Positions 37,979-47,949 of a DNA stretch of 64,000 nucleotides are shown here, piece by piece. The notes beneath the pieces were generated by a model, which did no database searches, had not been told where the DNA came from, and was given only the letters and a program-made list of their open reading frames with translations. Origin of the DNA: Paracoccaceae bacterium (GTDB lineage Bacteria > Pseudomonadota > Alphaproteobacteria > Rhodobacterales > Rhodobacteraceae); contig JANSYF010000002.1 in NCBI GenBank assembly GCA_024742575.1, positions 17,352-81,351 of the forward strand, written 5' to 3'. The position numbers were made by a program, and so were the translations under genes. Each line of letters begins with the position of its first letter. The stretch's first letter is position 1.

Positions 37979-38644
37979 ATGAAACGCAGCGATCGGCTTT
38001 ACGCTCTGATGCAGCGACTCAGGGATGGGAACCTGCACACCGCAGAAGCCATGGCGCAGGATCTAGGCGTCTCTGTCCGCACGATCTATCGCGACATGGA
38101 CACACTCGCTTCGTCGGGCGTGCCTGTCGAAGGGGCGCGTGGTTCGGGCTACACGGCCCAAGCAATGATCACCTTACCACCCCTGAACCTAACGCAAACC
38201 GAACTCGAAGCGCTTCATATCGGCTTGGCTGCTTTGGGTGTTTCGGACAGCGAGGATCTTGGCCAAGCAGCGCGGGCACTTGCCGAAAAGATTGATGCAG
38301 TGCTGCCAGAAGACGTCGGAAACTCCAACGGCAAGTTCGGGTTTGCCACCTACCCCTTTGCCGAGGCTGCACACGGGTTCCGCCACATGCCGGCCTTTCG
38401 CAAGGCCATCCGCGCGAGGCAGAAACTTCGCCTTCGGTTGGAAGGCGACGACCATATTCACACAGTGCGACCGTTGCACCTTGATTACTGGGGCCGGATC
38501 TGGACTTGCATCGTCTGGGACGAGACTGACGACACTTTCGCAACCTTCCGTATGGATCGCGTGACCGACATTACACTGCTACCGGGACTTTTCGTCGATG
38601 AAGTCGGCAAAACCCTTAAGGATTTTCATGCCTTGCAGTCTTGA
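37979..38644 (+). CDS. YafY-like HTH_11 + WYL domain transcriptional regulator
   Basis: MKRSDRL..LGVSVRTIYRDM..G.PVEG..G.GY; LPPL.LT..E; WYL-like VRPLHL..W..W..FRMDRV. Confidence 0.88.
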   Translation: MKRSDRLYALMQRLRDGNLHTAEAMAQDLGVSVRTIYRDMDTLASSGVPVEGARGSGYTAQAMITLPPLNLTQTELEALHIGLAALGVSDSEDLGQAARALAEKIDAVLPEDVGNSNGKFGFATYPFAEAAHGFRHMPAFRKAIRARQKLRLRLEGDDHIHTVRPLHLDYWGRIWTCIVWDETDDTFATFRMDRVTDITLLPGLFVDEVGKTLKDFHALQS

Positions 38645-38699
38645 TCGCAGAATGCTGCACTCTGTTTGACGCGGAACACCGCGCCGACGGGAGGTCATC

Positions 38700-41600
38700 A
38701 TGGGTTTGCGGTTCTTTTCCGATAAAAATCGACCGGTTCATTTGGGGCCGTTTCCACTGGAACGCGCGATACGCGGCGCGATGCCGGATCTTGACGCGAT
38801 ACCGCGACATCCCGGGCTTAGCTTTCACCGTCCCGAAAATCCCGCCTCTATCGTTAATGCGATGGCAGATTATCAGGCGATGATGGACGCCATCCGCGAC
38901 GGATTTGTGAACAAGGTCCGGTCCACCGTTCCAGAAGACACAACAGAGCGCGCAAACCACCTGAAATCTTTTGGCTATTTCTCGGACGCGACCATGGTTG
39001 GAATTGGTCCTTTATTGTCCCAAGCCCATTTGACTGAACCGCGCCAAAACCCTGATATCGATCGATTATCCAACGATCTGAAAACCCGTCAGACCAAGAC
39101 CCTCGCGTCAGGCATCGACATGATCATGGCCGATCTGAAAGAGTCGATGGAGGCCCCACCCAGCACCATTGACGGACACAAAACCGCGCTGGTGTTCCTC
39201 TACGAAGTTCCCCGTGATCCGAAACCCAGTGAAATCGGGACTGACTGGATCGCAAGCGCACAAGCCCACCGCGCCTGCCTGCGGGCAACTGAAACGGCCG
39301 TTGTGATCGCCAACTATATCCGCTTGCTGGGTTGGGATGCCAAGGCGCATTCTGCCACCAGCACCGATGTTGACCTCAACGTCTGCACCGTTGCCGCTGG
39401 GTTGGCGTCGCTTCAAGACGGAAAGCTTTATAATCCTTGGCTGGGCGACCGCTTTGGTGTGGCGGTGGTTACGACAACGCTGGATCTTGCACATGACGCG
39501 CCGTTGGCAGCAAAGCAGCCGACATCCCTGACCCAAGGTTTGGCGTGGAAGCTTGGCACCACCTCGGCACGATCAGGACTTAACACCAATCCGTTCGACA
39601 CTCGTCGCTATGTCGATGGTCCACATCCGTTTGAGACCCTCAAACGGGTCGACGCGCCGACTACCTATATCGATGAAGCCAACGTCGCCCGCGTGCCCAA
39701 ACGCACCGACATGTTCGCTCGTGCGCAATTCGGCGACATGGGGAAAAAGCTACAGGACGGCGCAAAAGGCGGCTACTATGCTCGCAAAGCTGCACCCTCA
39801 TCGGCGCAACGCCGGATGCTTGGCGCGTTTGTGCTTTTGCAAGACGGCCCACCCTGCTCTGATCCGGTCACGCCGAACCCCAAAGCCCATGCCGACGCGA
39901 TCAAGGCGACCGGGTACTGGCTTGGCGTCGATGCTTTGGGGATCAGTCGCTGCCCGGATTGGACGTGGTACAGCCACGACGCGCGCGGCGACGTGATTGA
40001 TCCGCCCCACGATCAGGCGATCAGCATCATTATCGACCAAGGCTACGAGACGATGGACGGCGCATCCGGCGACGACTGGATCAGCGTGGCGCAATCTATG
40101 CGCGCCTACCTGCGCTTCTCGCTGTTGGGCGGCGTACTGGCCAAACAAATCCGCAATCTGGGCTATTCAGCTAAGGCGCACACGGTCCTCGATGGCGAAG
40201 TGTTGCAACCGCCACTGCTGCTGCTCTCCGGTCTGGGCGAGGTCAGCCGCATTGGCGAGGTGATCCTCAACCCGTTCCTTGGGCCGCGCCTCAAGTCCGG
40301 CGTCGTCACGACTGACATGCCACTGGCGCATGACAAACCCATCGACTTTGGCCTGCAAAGCTTCTGCGAAAGCTGCAACAAATGCGCCCGTGAATGCCCC
40401 TCGGGGGCGATCACAGCCGGGCCAAAACTTATGTTCAACGGCTACGAGATCTGGAAATCCGACAGCCAGAAATGCGCCACCTACCGCATCACCACTGAAG
40501 GCGGCGCGATGTGTGGGCGCTGCATGAAGACCTGCCCGTGGAACCTCGAAGGGCTGTTTGCCGAAAAGCCATTCCGCTGGGCTGCGATGAACCTGCCCAA
40601 AGCGGCGCCGCTGCTGGCCAAACTGGACGACGCGGCGGGTCGTGGCGGGTTGAACCCGGTGAAAAAATGGTGGTGGGACTTGGAGTTGCAGGAAAACGGC
40701 AGCTACGCGCCCACCAACCACCCGGTCAACGCCCGCGACCTGCAAAAAGAGCTCGACCTGAAATACGAAGACCAGACGCTTGCCGTCTACCCAGCCCCGC
40801 TGGCCCCGCATCCCTACCCTTATCCTGATCCGATGGATCGCGAAGCCGGGATCGACGCCTATACCAAAATGGTCAGCGCGGACGAACACAAGACGCGGCT
40901 GGCTAAGAGCGACACATCTCACCTGCACCGACCCAAGGACACCACCGAAAGCCCAGTGGTGCCCGTGATGGTTAGCAAGGTCGAAAAGATGTCGCCCTCG
41001 GTCACCAAGTACGAATTCCGCCATGTCGACGGACATGACCTCCCGGAATGGACCGCGGGCGGGCATCTTGATCTGGTCGTGGCCCCCGAATTTCTGCGCC
41101 AATACTCCATGTCCGGCGACCCAGCGGATCGGTCGGTCTACCAGATCGGTGTCCTGCGCGAAGATCAGGGGCGTGGTGGTTCAGCGCTGCTGCATCGCAT
41201 CTTTGCCGAAGGGCGAAGGGTGTTTGTCTCGAAACCCATCAATCATTTCCCACTGGTTGAAGACGCGAGTTTCACATGGCTCATGGGCGGTGGCATCGGC
41301 GTCACCCCGATGATTGCCATGGCGCACAGGCTGCACGCTTTGAGGAAACCCTTTGCCCTGCACTACTCACTAAAATCGCGCGGCGAGGCCGGGTATCTGG
41401 ACGATCTGGCCAATGTGCCGTGGGCCGACAAAGTGCATATCCATATCAGCGATGAAGGCACGCGCGCCGATCTGAACGCGCTGATACCGGACTACACGGA
41501 CGGTCAGCACATCTACACCTGCGGCCCTGATCTTTACATGAACGCTGTCATGGAAACCGCTGAATACAAACGCTTTCCAGACGAGGCGAAACATCTTGAA

Positions 41601-41900
41601 TACTTTGCCGTGCCGGAATTGCCCGATTACGAAAATCACCCATTTACGCTCAACCTGACCGACGGACGCAGCTTCCATGTGCCCGCCGATAAGACGGCTA
41701 CAGACGTGCTGAACGAAAACGGGGTGTCGGTAGATATAAAGTGCTCGGACGGCATTTGCGGTGTGTGCAAGGCACGCATCGTCAGCGGTGCAGTCGAACA
41801 CCGGGATTTTGTGCTGTCCAAAGCGCAACGCGCTGACCAGATCATCCTGTGCCAATCGCGTGCCGCCGAGCCGGATGGAGAGATCACGATCGACTTGTAA
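38700..41900 (+). CDS. rdhA: Catabolic (self-sufficient) B12-dependent reductive dehalogenase fused to FAD/NAD(P)H reductase and 2Fe-2S ferredoxin (BhbA/NpRdhA-like)
   Basis: GLGEVSRIG..LNPFLGPR.K..VTTD.PL; FCESCNKCARECP and C..CGRCMKTCPW; WWWDLE; RQYSM, GGGIGVTP, YTCGP, CSDGICGVC; no Tat signal. Confidence 0.88.
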   Translation: MGLRFFSDKNRPVHLGPFPLERAIRGAMPDLDAIPRHPGLSFHRPENPASIVNAMADYQAMMDAIRDGFVNKVRSTVPEDTTERANHLKSFGYFSDATMVGIGPLLSQAHLTEPRQNPDIDRLSNDLKTRQTKTLASGIDMIMADLKESMEAPPSTIDGHKTALVFLYEVPRDPKPSEIGTDWIASAQAHRACLRATETAVVIANYIRLLGWDAKAHSATSTDVDLNVCTVAAGLASLQDGKLYNPWLGDRFGVAVVTTTLDLAHDAPLAAKQPTSLTQGLAWKLGTTSARSGLNTNPFDTRRYVDGPHPFETLKRVDAPTTYIDEANVARVPKRTDMFARAQFGDMGKKLQDGAKGGYYARKAAPSSAQRRMLGAFVLLQDGPPCSDPVTPNPKAHADAIKATGYWLGVDALGISRCPDWTWYSHDARGDVIDPPHDQAISIIIDQGYETMDGASGDDWISVAQSMRAYLRFSLLGGVLAKQIRNLGYSAKAHTVLDGEVLQPPLLLLSGLGEVSRIGEVILNPFLGPRLKSGVVTTDMPLAHDKPIDFGLQSFCESCNKCARECPSGAITAGPKLMFNGYEIWKSDSQKCATYRITTEGGAMCGRCMKTCPWNLEGLFAEKPFRWAAMNLPKAAPLLAKLDDAAGRGGLNPVKKWWWDLELQENGSYAPTNHPVNARDLQKELDLKYEDQTLAVYPAPLAPHPYPYPDPMDREAGIDAYTKMVSADEHKTRLAKSDTSHLHRPKDTTESPVVPVMVSKVEKMSPSVTKYEFRHVDGHDLPEWTAGGHLDLVVAPEFLRQYSMSGDPADRSVYQIGVLREDQGRGGSALLHRIFAEGRRVFVSKPINHFPLVEDASFTWLMGGGIGVTPMIAMAHRLHALRKPFALHYSLKSRGEAGYLDDLANVPWADKVHIHISDEGTRADLNALIPDYTDGQHIYTCGPDLYMNAVMETAEYKRFPDEAKHLEYFAVPELPDYENHPFTLNLTDGRSFHVPADKTATDVLNENGVSVDIKCSDGICGVCKARIVSGAVEHRDFVLSKAQRADQIILCQSRAAEPDGEITIDL

Positions 41901-41984
41901 GCGACTGAAACCAAATACAGTAATTCACAAATCCCTTCAAAGAGTTTGGCTGCGCGACCCCCTAAAGGATCGCGCAATCTTTCA

Positions 41985-42236
41985 TCAGCTGTCGGCTTCG
42001 GGCATCAACCCCTCGGTCTGCGCCACCGCCAGTTCATCCGCGTTGATAAGACCGTCGCCATCGGCATCCACCGCCAAGAACGTGTCTGTTGTCACTTCCG
42101 GAAGGATGGCCTGCACCTCTTCCAACGACAGCATCCCATCTTGATTGGCATCTGCGGCCATATAGTCAGCAGCCAGAGCCGCCATCGGCAGCGTGATCAG
42201 GCTTGCAGCAATCAGTCGGGTCAATGTCAGTGTCAT
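41985..42236 (-). CDS. Small secreted EF-hand protein
   Basis: Signal peptide (..AALA) and two EF loops DANQDGMLSLEE and DADGDGLINADE; GGGAG SD. Confidence 0.82.
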   Translation of the reverse strand: MTLTLTRLIAASLITLPMAALAADYMAADANQDGMLSLEEVQAILPEVTTDTFLAVDADGDGLINADELAVAQTEGLMPEADS

Positions 42237-42461
42237 GTTGGTCTCCCATTCGGTCCTGTTGATGAAGCACCGCGTTGTGCGGCCTTCACGAGGTATGAGC
42301 GCAAAACCGATGCTCGCGTCCCGCCCAACCAGGGCTGCGGCACAGACCTGCCCAAACCCGCCCACGGACTGCGCAATCCACCGCGCAAAAAAGGCCGCGT
42401 TCCGCCATCGGCGGAAACCCCCGGGATGGTCGGGGATTTTCCCACTGTCATACTTAGCGCC

Positions 42462-42920
42462 ATGGACACAACACACCTCACCCGCCTGAGTGCGCGCGCC
42501 CGCCGCCTGACACGCAGCCCGCAAGATGCCGAGGATCTCTGCCACGAGGTCTGTCTGGCGGTTCTGGAACAAGAGGCATTGGGCACACGGATCACGCGCC
42601 CCTTGCCCTATATGATGACCGCCTTACGCCACGCAGCCAGCGCGCGGTCCCGCAGAATGGCGCGCGAAACCCCAATGGAAGTTGAATACGAACCACAGGT
42701 CGAGGATGCAGCGCTGGCCTGTCTGTGTTCACAGGTGCTGGCACGCTTGGATGACCTGCCCGCCCCAGACCGCGCCCTGTTGCGGCGCGTGGCCTTTGAA
42801 GGGATCACCCCGTCGGAGTTGGCCGAAGAGATGGATGTGCCCGTCGGCACGATCATGTCCCGCCTTGCCCGTGCTCGGGCGCGGTTACGGGAAGTGGTAG
42901 GAAGTGTGTCGATGTTCTGA
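42462..42920 (+). CDS. ECF sigma-70 factor, short, no adjacent anti-sigma
   Basis: sigma2 RRLTRSPQDAEDL; sigma4 SELAEEMDVPVGTIMSRLARAR..L. Confidence 0.8.
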   Translation: MDTTHLTRLSARARRLTRSPQDAEDLCHEVCLAVLEQEALGTRITRPLPYMMTALRHAASARSRRMARETPMEVEYEPQVEDAALACLCSQVLARLDDLPAPDRALLRRVAFEGITPSELAEEMDVPVGTIMSRLARARARLREVVGSVSMF

Positions 42921-42979
42921 TTGGGGGCTCTGCCCCCGGCCTTCGGCCTCCCCCGAGGTATTTGGGCCCAAAGAAACCG
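42921..42979 (-). repeat. REP-like intergenic element, copy 2
   Basis: Reverse complement CGGTTTCTTTGGGCCCAAATACCTCGGGGGAGGCCGAAGGCCGGGGGCAGAGCCCCCAA. Confidence 0.7.
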
Positions 42980-42981
42980 AC

Positions 42982-43010
42982 AAAAAAAGGGGGCCGCAGT
43001 GGCCCCCTTG
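42982..43010 (-). terminator. Rho-independent terminator downstream of nrdJ
   Basis: Minus strand AAGGGGGCC-actgc-GGCCCCC-TTTTTTT. Confidence 0.8.
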
Positions 43011-43117
43011 TGAGTTTCGCTCGTCAAGCTCTCAAGTTGTACACCGCTCGGAATAATCTTGCCTGCGGCCCGACGCGCGTCAGAGGCGGGCGCACCCGCC
43101 TCGTGACTGGTAAGGGC

Positions 43118-46100
43118 TTAACTACAACCCGATGTTGCGCCGCATGTGTTGCACTTCATGCAGGTGCCGTTGCGCACCAGCGTGTAGTTGCCGCAATCGC
43201 CGCAGGCTTCGCCTTCATAGCCTTGCATCTTGGCTCGTGTGACCGCCGTCATAGCAGGCACCGACGCGCTAGACTTGGCCGTGGCAACCGCAGACGTGGC
43301 AGTTGCCACGCCGCCCGTTTCCGGCACGAGCGTGTTCAGCGCGGCTACCGCATCAACACCGCCACCAAAGGCCACAGCCCCGGTCTGGCCACCTTGCAGC
43401 ACGATCAGTTCCTGCGGCAGACGTTTGCGTAGATAACCGGTAGAGCTGATCTGCTTGAGCACTTCCAGCGAACGGGACGCTGCCGTGTCGGAGAGTTCCT
43501 TGACGTTGGACACGCCCTCTTCCTCACCTCGGCCCAGATCATCGAAAGACGCGCCTTCCGGCTTTACATGCGCTAGATCGGTACGGTCCAGATAGGACAC
43601 GGCCAATTCGCGGAAGATGTAGTCGAGGATCGACGTCGCGTTCTTAATGCTGTCATTGCCCTGAACCATGCCCGCCGGTTCGAACTTGGTGAAGGTGAAG
43701 GCATCAACGAACTCTTCCAGCGGCACACCGTATTGAAGACCAACCGAAACCGCGATCGCAAAGTTGTTCATCATGGCGCGGAAGCCCGCACCTTCCTTGT
43801 GCATGTCGATAAAGATCTCGCCCAGCGACCCATCCTGATATTCGCCGGTGCGCAAGTAGACTTTGTGGCCACCTACAACCGCCTTCTGGGTGTAGCCCTT
43901 GCGGCGCTCAGGCATCTTTTCACGGTGCGATTTCTGGATTTCCTTGATGATCACCTTCTCGACGATCTTCTCGGCCAGCACCTGTGCCTTTTCGGGCATG
44001 GAACCGGATTCCAGCGTTTCCGCCGCTTCCTCGTCATCCTCTACCAGCGCTGCCGCCAGCGGTTGGGACAGTTTGGAGCCGTCGCGGTAGAGCGCGTTGG
44101 CCTTGGTGCCCAACGACCAGCTGAGTTCATAAGCCTTCTGGCAGTCTTCGATGGTGGCGTCATTCGGCATGTTGATCGTCTTGGAGATCGCACCCGAGAT
44201 GAAGGACTGCGCTGCCGCCATCATGGTTATGTGCGATTGCACCGATAGGAAACGCTTGCCCTTCTTGCCGCACGGGTTTGCACAGTCGAAGACCGGATAA
44301 TGTTCCACCTTGAGGTGCGGCGCCCCTTCCAGCGTCATGGTTCCGCAGACATGGTCGTTCGCGGCGTCGATGTCTGCCTTGGTGTAGCCGAGACTACGCA
44401 GCAGGTCGAAAGTCGGGTCGTTCAGCTTGTCCGCCGGGATGCCCAGCACTTCGCGGCAGAACTCTTCGCCCAGCGTCCACTGGTTGAACACGAACCGGAT
44501 GTCGAAAGCCGAGGCGAGCGCCTTGTCGACCTTTTCCAGCTGTGCCGGGCCAAAGCCGTGTCCTGCAAGCGAGGTGTGGTTGATCCCCGGCGCGTTACCG
44601 ATGGTGCCGTGACCGACCGCGTAAGACACGATCTCTTCGATCTGTGCAGAACCGTAACCCAGCTTTTCAAGGGCGGCCGGAACCGACTGGTTGATGATCT
44701 TGAAGTAACCGCCACCAGCAAGTTTCTTGAACTTCACCAAAGCGAAGTCCGGCTCGATCCCTGTGGTATCGCAATCCATGACCAGACCGATGGTACCCGT
44801 AGGTGCGATCACAGTGGATTGTGCATTGCGGTAGCCATGCTTTTCACCAAGACGCAGCGCCTCGTCCCAGCTTGCCATCGCCAAATCGACCAGACGGCTG
44901 TCCGGGCAGTTGGCATGGTCAAGTGCGACCGGCTTGACGGACAGCGCTTCATACCCGTCCGTCGCGCCATAAGCAGCGTTGCGGTGGTTGCGGATCACAC
45001 GAAGCATGTGATCGGCGTTCTTTTTGAAGCCCGGGAACGGACCCAGCTCTCCGGCGATTTCAGCCGATGTGGCGTAGGACACGCCCGTCATAACAGCCGT
45101 CAAAGCACCGCAGAGTGCGCGACCTTCGTCGCTGTCATAGCTGAAGCCGAGGTTCATCAGCAGGCCACCGATATTCGCATAGCCCAGACCCAACGTGCGG
45201 AAGTCATACGAGCGCTGCGCGATTTCCTTGGACGGGAACTGCGCCATCATCACCGAGATTTCCAGCGTCAGCGTCCACAGACGTGTGGCGTGCATGTAGT
45301 CTTCGGATTGGAACTCGCCATCCTTGAGGAAGGTCAGCAGGTTCATCGACGCGAGGTTACAAGCGGTGTCGTCAAGGAACATGTATTCCGAGCACGGGTT
45401 GGAGCCGCGAATTTCGCCATCTGCCGGGCACGTGTGCCATTCGTTGACGGTATCATGGAACTGAATGCCCGGATCGGCACAGGCCCAGGCCGCGTGGCCC
45501 ACGTCTTCCCACAGATCGCGTGCCTTGATGGTCTTGGCGACGCTGCCATCGGTACGGCGGATCAGTTCCCAATCGGCGTCATCCTTGACCGCCTGCAGGA
45601 ACGCATTGGTAACGCGGATGGAGTTGTTCGAGTTCTGACCCGAGACAGAGGCATAGGCCTCGGAGTCCCAATCCGTGTCATAAGTCGGGAATTCGATCGA
45701 TGCATAGCCTTGCCGTGCGTAATCCAGCACGCGCTTGATGTAAGTCTCGGGGATCATCACGCCTTTGGCCGCGCGAATTGCGTCCTTCAAGGCGTTGTTT
45801 TTCTTGGGGTCATACGCGTCGTCTTCCAGACCGTCCCACGTACTGATCGCGTTGAAGATCGCGTTGAGCATCTTTTCGTGCATCTTCGACCCGGCGACGA
45901 TGCTGGCGACTTTCTGCTCTTCTTTGACCTTCCAGTTGATGAATTCTTCGATATCCGGGTGATCGGCATCACAGATCACCATCTTGGCCGCGCGACGTGT
46001 GGTGCCGCCCGACTTGATCGCGCCCGCAGCACGGTCACCAATTTTGAGGAAGCCCATCAGGCCGGACGATTTGCCGCCGCCAGACAGTGGCTCGTTTGCG

Positions 46101-46798
46101 GCACGGAGTGAGCTGAAGTTGGTGCCGGTGCCGGAGCCATACTTGAACAAACGCGCTTCGCGGACCCACAGGTCCATGATGCCGCCATCGCCGACCAAAT
46201 CGTCAGCCACGGACTGGATGAAGCACGCATGGGGCTGCGGGTGCTCATAGGCCGAGGAGGACTTGGTCAGTTCGCCTGTCTTGTAATCCACATAAAAGTG
46301 GCCTTGGCTTGGGCCGTCGATGCCGTAGGCCCAGTGAAGACCGGTGTTAAACCACTGGGGGCTGTTCGGCGCGGCCTTCTGCGTGGCCAACATGAAGCGC
46401 ATTTCATCGAAATAGGCTTGCGCATCATCTTCGCTGGTAAAGTAGCCACCCTTCCAGCCCCAATAAGTCCACGCGCCGGCCAAACGGTCGAACACTTGCT
46501 TGGAAGATGTTTCGCCGGTGCGCGGCGTGTCTTCGGTTTCAGGAACCGAGCGCCACAAAAAACTCGGGACGCCCTTTTCCTTTACCTTCTTCAAAGCGAC
46601 CGGCACACCTGCCTTACGAAAGTATTTCTGTGCGATGACGTCACTGGCCACTTGGCTCCAGCTGTTTGGCACTTCGACGTTGTCGAGTTTGAAAACCACG
46701 GACCCATCAGGATTCCGAATTTCAGAGGTGGTCGAGACAAACTCGAGCCCCGCATATGCATCCTGCCCAGACGTGGTAAATTTTCTTTCGATTTTCAT
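43118..46798 (-). CDS. nrdJ: Vitamin B12-dependent class II ribonucleotide reductase
   Basis: [48 protein letters not shown]-terminal Zn-ribbon ending GCS. Confidence 0.95.
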   Translation of the reverse strand: MKIERKFTTSGQDAYAGLEFVSTTSEIRNPDGSVVFKLDNVEVPNSWSQVASDVIAQKYFRKAGVPVALKKVKEKGVPSFLWRSVPETEDTPRTGETSSKQVFDRLAGAWTYWGWKGGYFTSEDDAQAYFDEMRFMLATQKAAPNSPQWFNTGLHWAYGIDGPSQGHFYVDYKTGELTKSSSAYEHPQPHACFIQSVADDLVGDGGIMDLWVREARLFKYGSGTGTNFSSLRAANEPLSGGGKSSGLMGFLKIGDRAAGAIKSGGTTRRAAKMVICDADHPDIEEFINWKVKEEQKVASIVAGSKMHEKMLNAIFNAISTWDGLEDDAYDPKKNNALKDAIRAAKGVMIPETYIKRVLDYARQGYASIEFPTYDTDWDSEAYASVSGQNSNNSIRVTNAFLQAVKDDADWELIRRTDGSVAKTIKARDLWEDVGHAAWACADPGIQFHDTVNEWHTCPADGEIRGSNPCSEYMFLDDTACNLASMNLLTFLKDGEFQSEDYMHATRLWTLTLEISVMMAQFPSKEIAQRSYDFRTLGLGYANIGGLLMNLGFSYDSDEGRALCGALTAVMTGVSYATSAEIAGELGPFPGFKKNADHMLRVIRNHRNAAYGATDGYEALSVKPVALDHANCPDSRLVDLAMASWDEALRLGEKHGYRNAQSTVIAPTGTIGLVMDCDTTGIEPDFALVKFKKLAGGGYFKIINQSVPAALEKLGYGSAQIEEIVSYAVGHGTIGNAPGINHTSLAGHGFGPAQLEKVDKALASAFDIRFVFNQWTLGEEFCREVLGIPADKLNDPTFDLLRSLGYTKADIDAANDHVCGTMTLEGAPHLKVEHYPVFDCANPCGKKGKRFLSVQSHITMMAAAQSFISGAISKTINMPNDATIEDCQKAYELSWSLGTKANALYRDGSKLSQPLAAALVEDDEEAAETLESGSMPEKAQVLAEKIVEKVIIKEIQKSHREKMPERRKGYTQKAVVGGHKVYLRTGEYQDGSLGEIFIDMHKEGAGFRAMMNNFAIAVSVGLQYGVPLEEFVDAFTFTKFEPAGMVQGNDSIKNATSILDYIFRELAVSYLDRTDLAHVKPEGASFDDLGRGEEEGVSNVKELSDTAASRSLEVLKQISSTGYLRKRLPQELIVLQGGQTGAVAFGGGVDAVAALNTLVPETGGVATATSAVATAKSSASVPAMTAVTRAKMQGYEGEACGDCGNYTLVRNGTCMKCNTCGATSGCS

Positions 46799-46942
46799 CG
46801 CACCGGTCTCTTTTATCTGTGTGTACCCCATGGCCCTGTTAAGGCCGCGATCAGCACGAGTTTTCCGGTCCCACGTGGTGTGCACGCAGGCAAGCGCCTC
46901 AAAAGCTGTTTACCGGTATTCCCGTCCCTGTTGTCGGCTCAG

Positions 46943-46957
46943 ACACTATATGTTGTG
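46943..46957. promoter_or_regulatory. NrdR box
   Basis: ACACTATATGTTGTG matches the acaCwAtATaTwGtg consensus, upstream of nrdJ. Confidence 0.75.
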
Positions 46958-47103
46958 GTTGATCGAACCGACCCGCACAAACTGGCGGATATCTCACAGA
47001 GTCGTCAACACGTTTTTTGCACTTTTAGACATAGATTTTGGGTTGACCTGCAAAGTAGGCACAACCCATAGCGATTCAACTGTGGATGTCTGCTGTATAG
47101 GTC

Positions 47104-47154
47104 TGTGGATAACTCGGCCGATAAAAAGTCAATGCCGCCAGAAAGTTATCCACA
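47104..47154. promoter_or_regulatory. Two perfect DnaA boxes in inverted orientation
   Basis: TGTGGATAA at 47104-47112 and TTATCCACA at 47146-47154. Confidence 0.7.
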
Positions 47155-47332
47155 GGCATTTAGAATACAGTTCAAGCAACTTAAGAGAGGCAAGTCATGA
47201 CACACAGCATCGGGTTTCGAATCTGTTCGGCCCATCGCTGTGGCAGAGATCCCACGCACAACCCCATGAGCTAGTAACACCCCTTGGACGGATATAGGGC
47301 GTTGGGGCCCCGCAACTTGAAAATGGAAGATA

Positions 47333-47409
47333 TGGTCGGGACGGCAAGATTCGAACTTGCGACCTACGGTACCCAAAACCGTCGCGCTACCAGGCTGCGC
47401 TACGCCCCG
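47333..47409 (-). tRNA. tRNA-Pro(TGG)
   Basis: CGGGGCG..ACGGT-TTTGGGT-ACCGT..TTCGAAT..CCA on the minus strand. Confidence 0.97.
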
Positions 47410-47469
47410 ACTGAGGGGTCGTTTATCGACCAACGCCTGATTTGAAAAGCGGTTTTTTACTGCATTCGA

Positions 47470-47949
47470 TCAAGATGCACATGCCCAGACCGCAATCTCG
47501 TCTTGTATGGACGGATGCCGCATCTCAGAACCCGCTTCGATACCCAGTCGATCCGCCATTCCGCCGTTAATTTCGAGAACGAACTGAATGTTGGAACCGC
47601 CGCGAATCCCGGTCAGATCACCAGGGACTGCGTTCTCGTGCACCTTCTGAACAACCCCGGCACCATCCGCGAAAATCATATCAAGCGGGATCAGCGTGTT
47701 CTTCATCCAAAATGATACCGTTTGTTCGCGGTCGTACACGAACAGCATTCCGCTCATTGTCGGCATGTCTTCAACGAACATAAGCCCACGGCTTCGCAGA
47801 TCAGCCGTATCAGCGACATCTACAGCAAAACGCGCATTGCCCCAATCCCCGCGCAGAAAGACCGTGTCATCGCGACAGGGCGCTTCGTCGGCAACAGCAG
47901 ACGACGCGACGCAAAGTAAGACAATGCTTAGGAAAGACCGCTTTCCCAT
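47470..47949 (-). CDS. DUF192 family exported protein
   Basis: RGLMF, GMLFVY, FWMKNTLIPLDMIF, VLEINGG. Confidence 0.88.
   Translation of the reverse strand: MGKRSFLSIVLLCVASSAVADEAPCRDDTVFLRGDWGNARFAVDVADTADLRSRGLMFVEDMPTMSGMLFVYDREQTVSFWMKNTLIPLDMIFADGAGVVQKVHENAVPGDLTGIRGGSNIQFVLEINGGMADRLGIEAGSEMRHPSIQDEIAVWACAS

Noticed and set aside
37979-38644. WYL protein as a marker of an anti-phage defence island
   Set aside because: Neighbours are tat genes and a dehalogenase; no nucleases, RM, toxin-antitoxin or CBASS-type genes.
35338-41900. Respiratory Tat-exported dehalogenase system
   Set aside because: RdhA has no twin-arginine peptide or RdhB anchor and carries a cytoplasmic NAD(P)H reductase module.
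41946-42461. Long N-terminal extensions of the ECF sigma and EF-hand ORFs in the ORF track
   Set aside because: The extensions overlap each other and lack homology features; the downstream ATGs at 42462 and 42236 fit the domain boundaries.
44300-46111. 603-aa + strand ORF
   Set aside because: Antisense shadow of nrdJ, typical of high-GC codon bias; no recognisable motifs.
46886-47332. Possible replication origin, because of the DnaA boxes
   Set aside because: Only two perfect boxes, no clear AT-rich unwinding repeats, and no dnaA, parAB, hemE or rep genes nearby; a regulatory role is more plausible.
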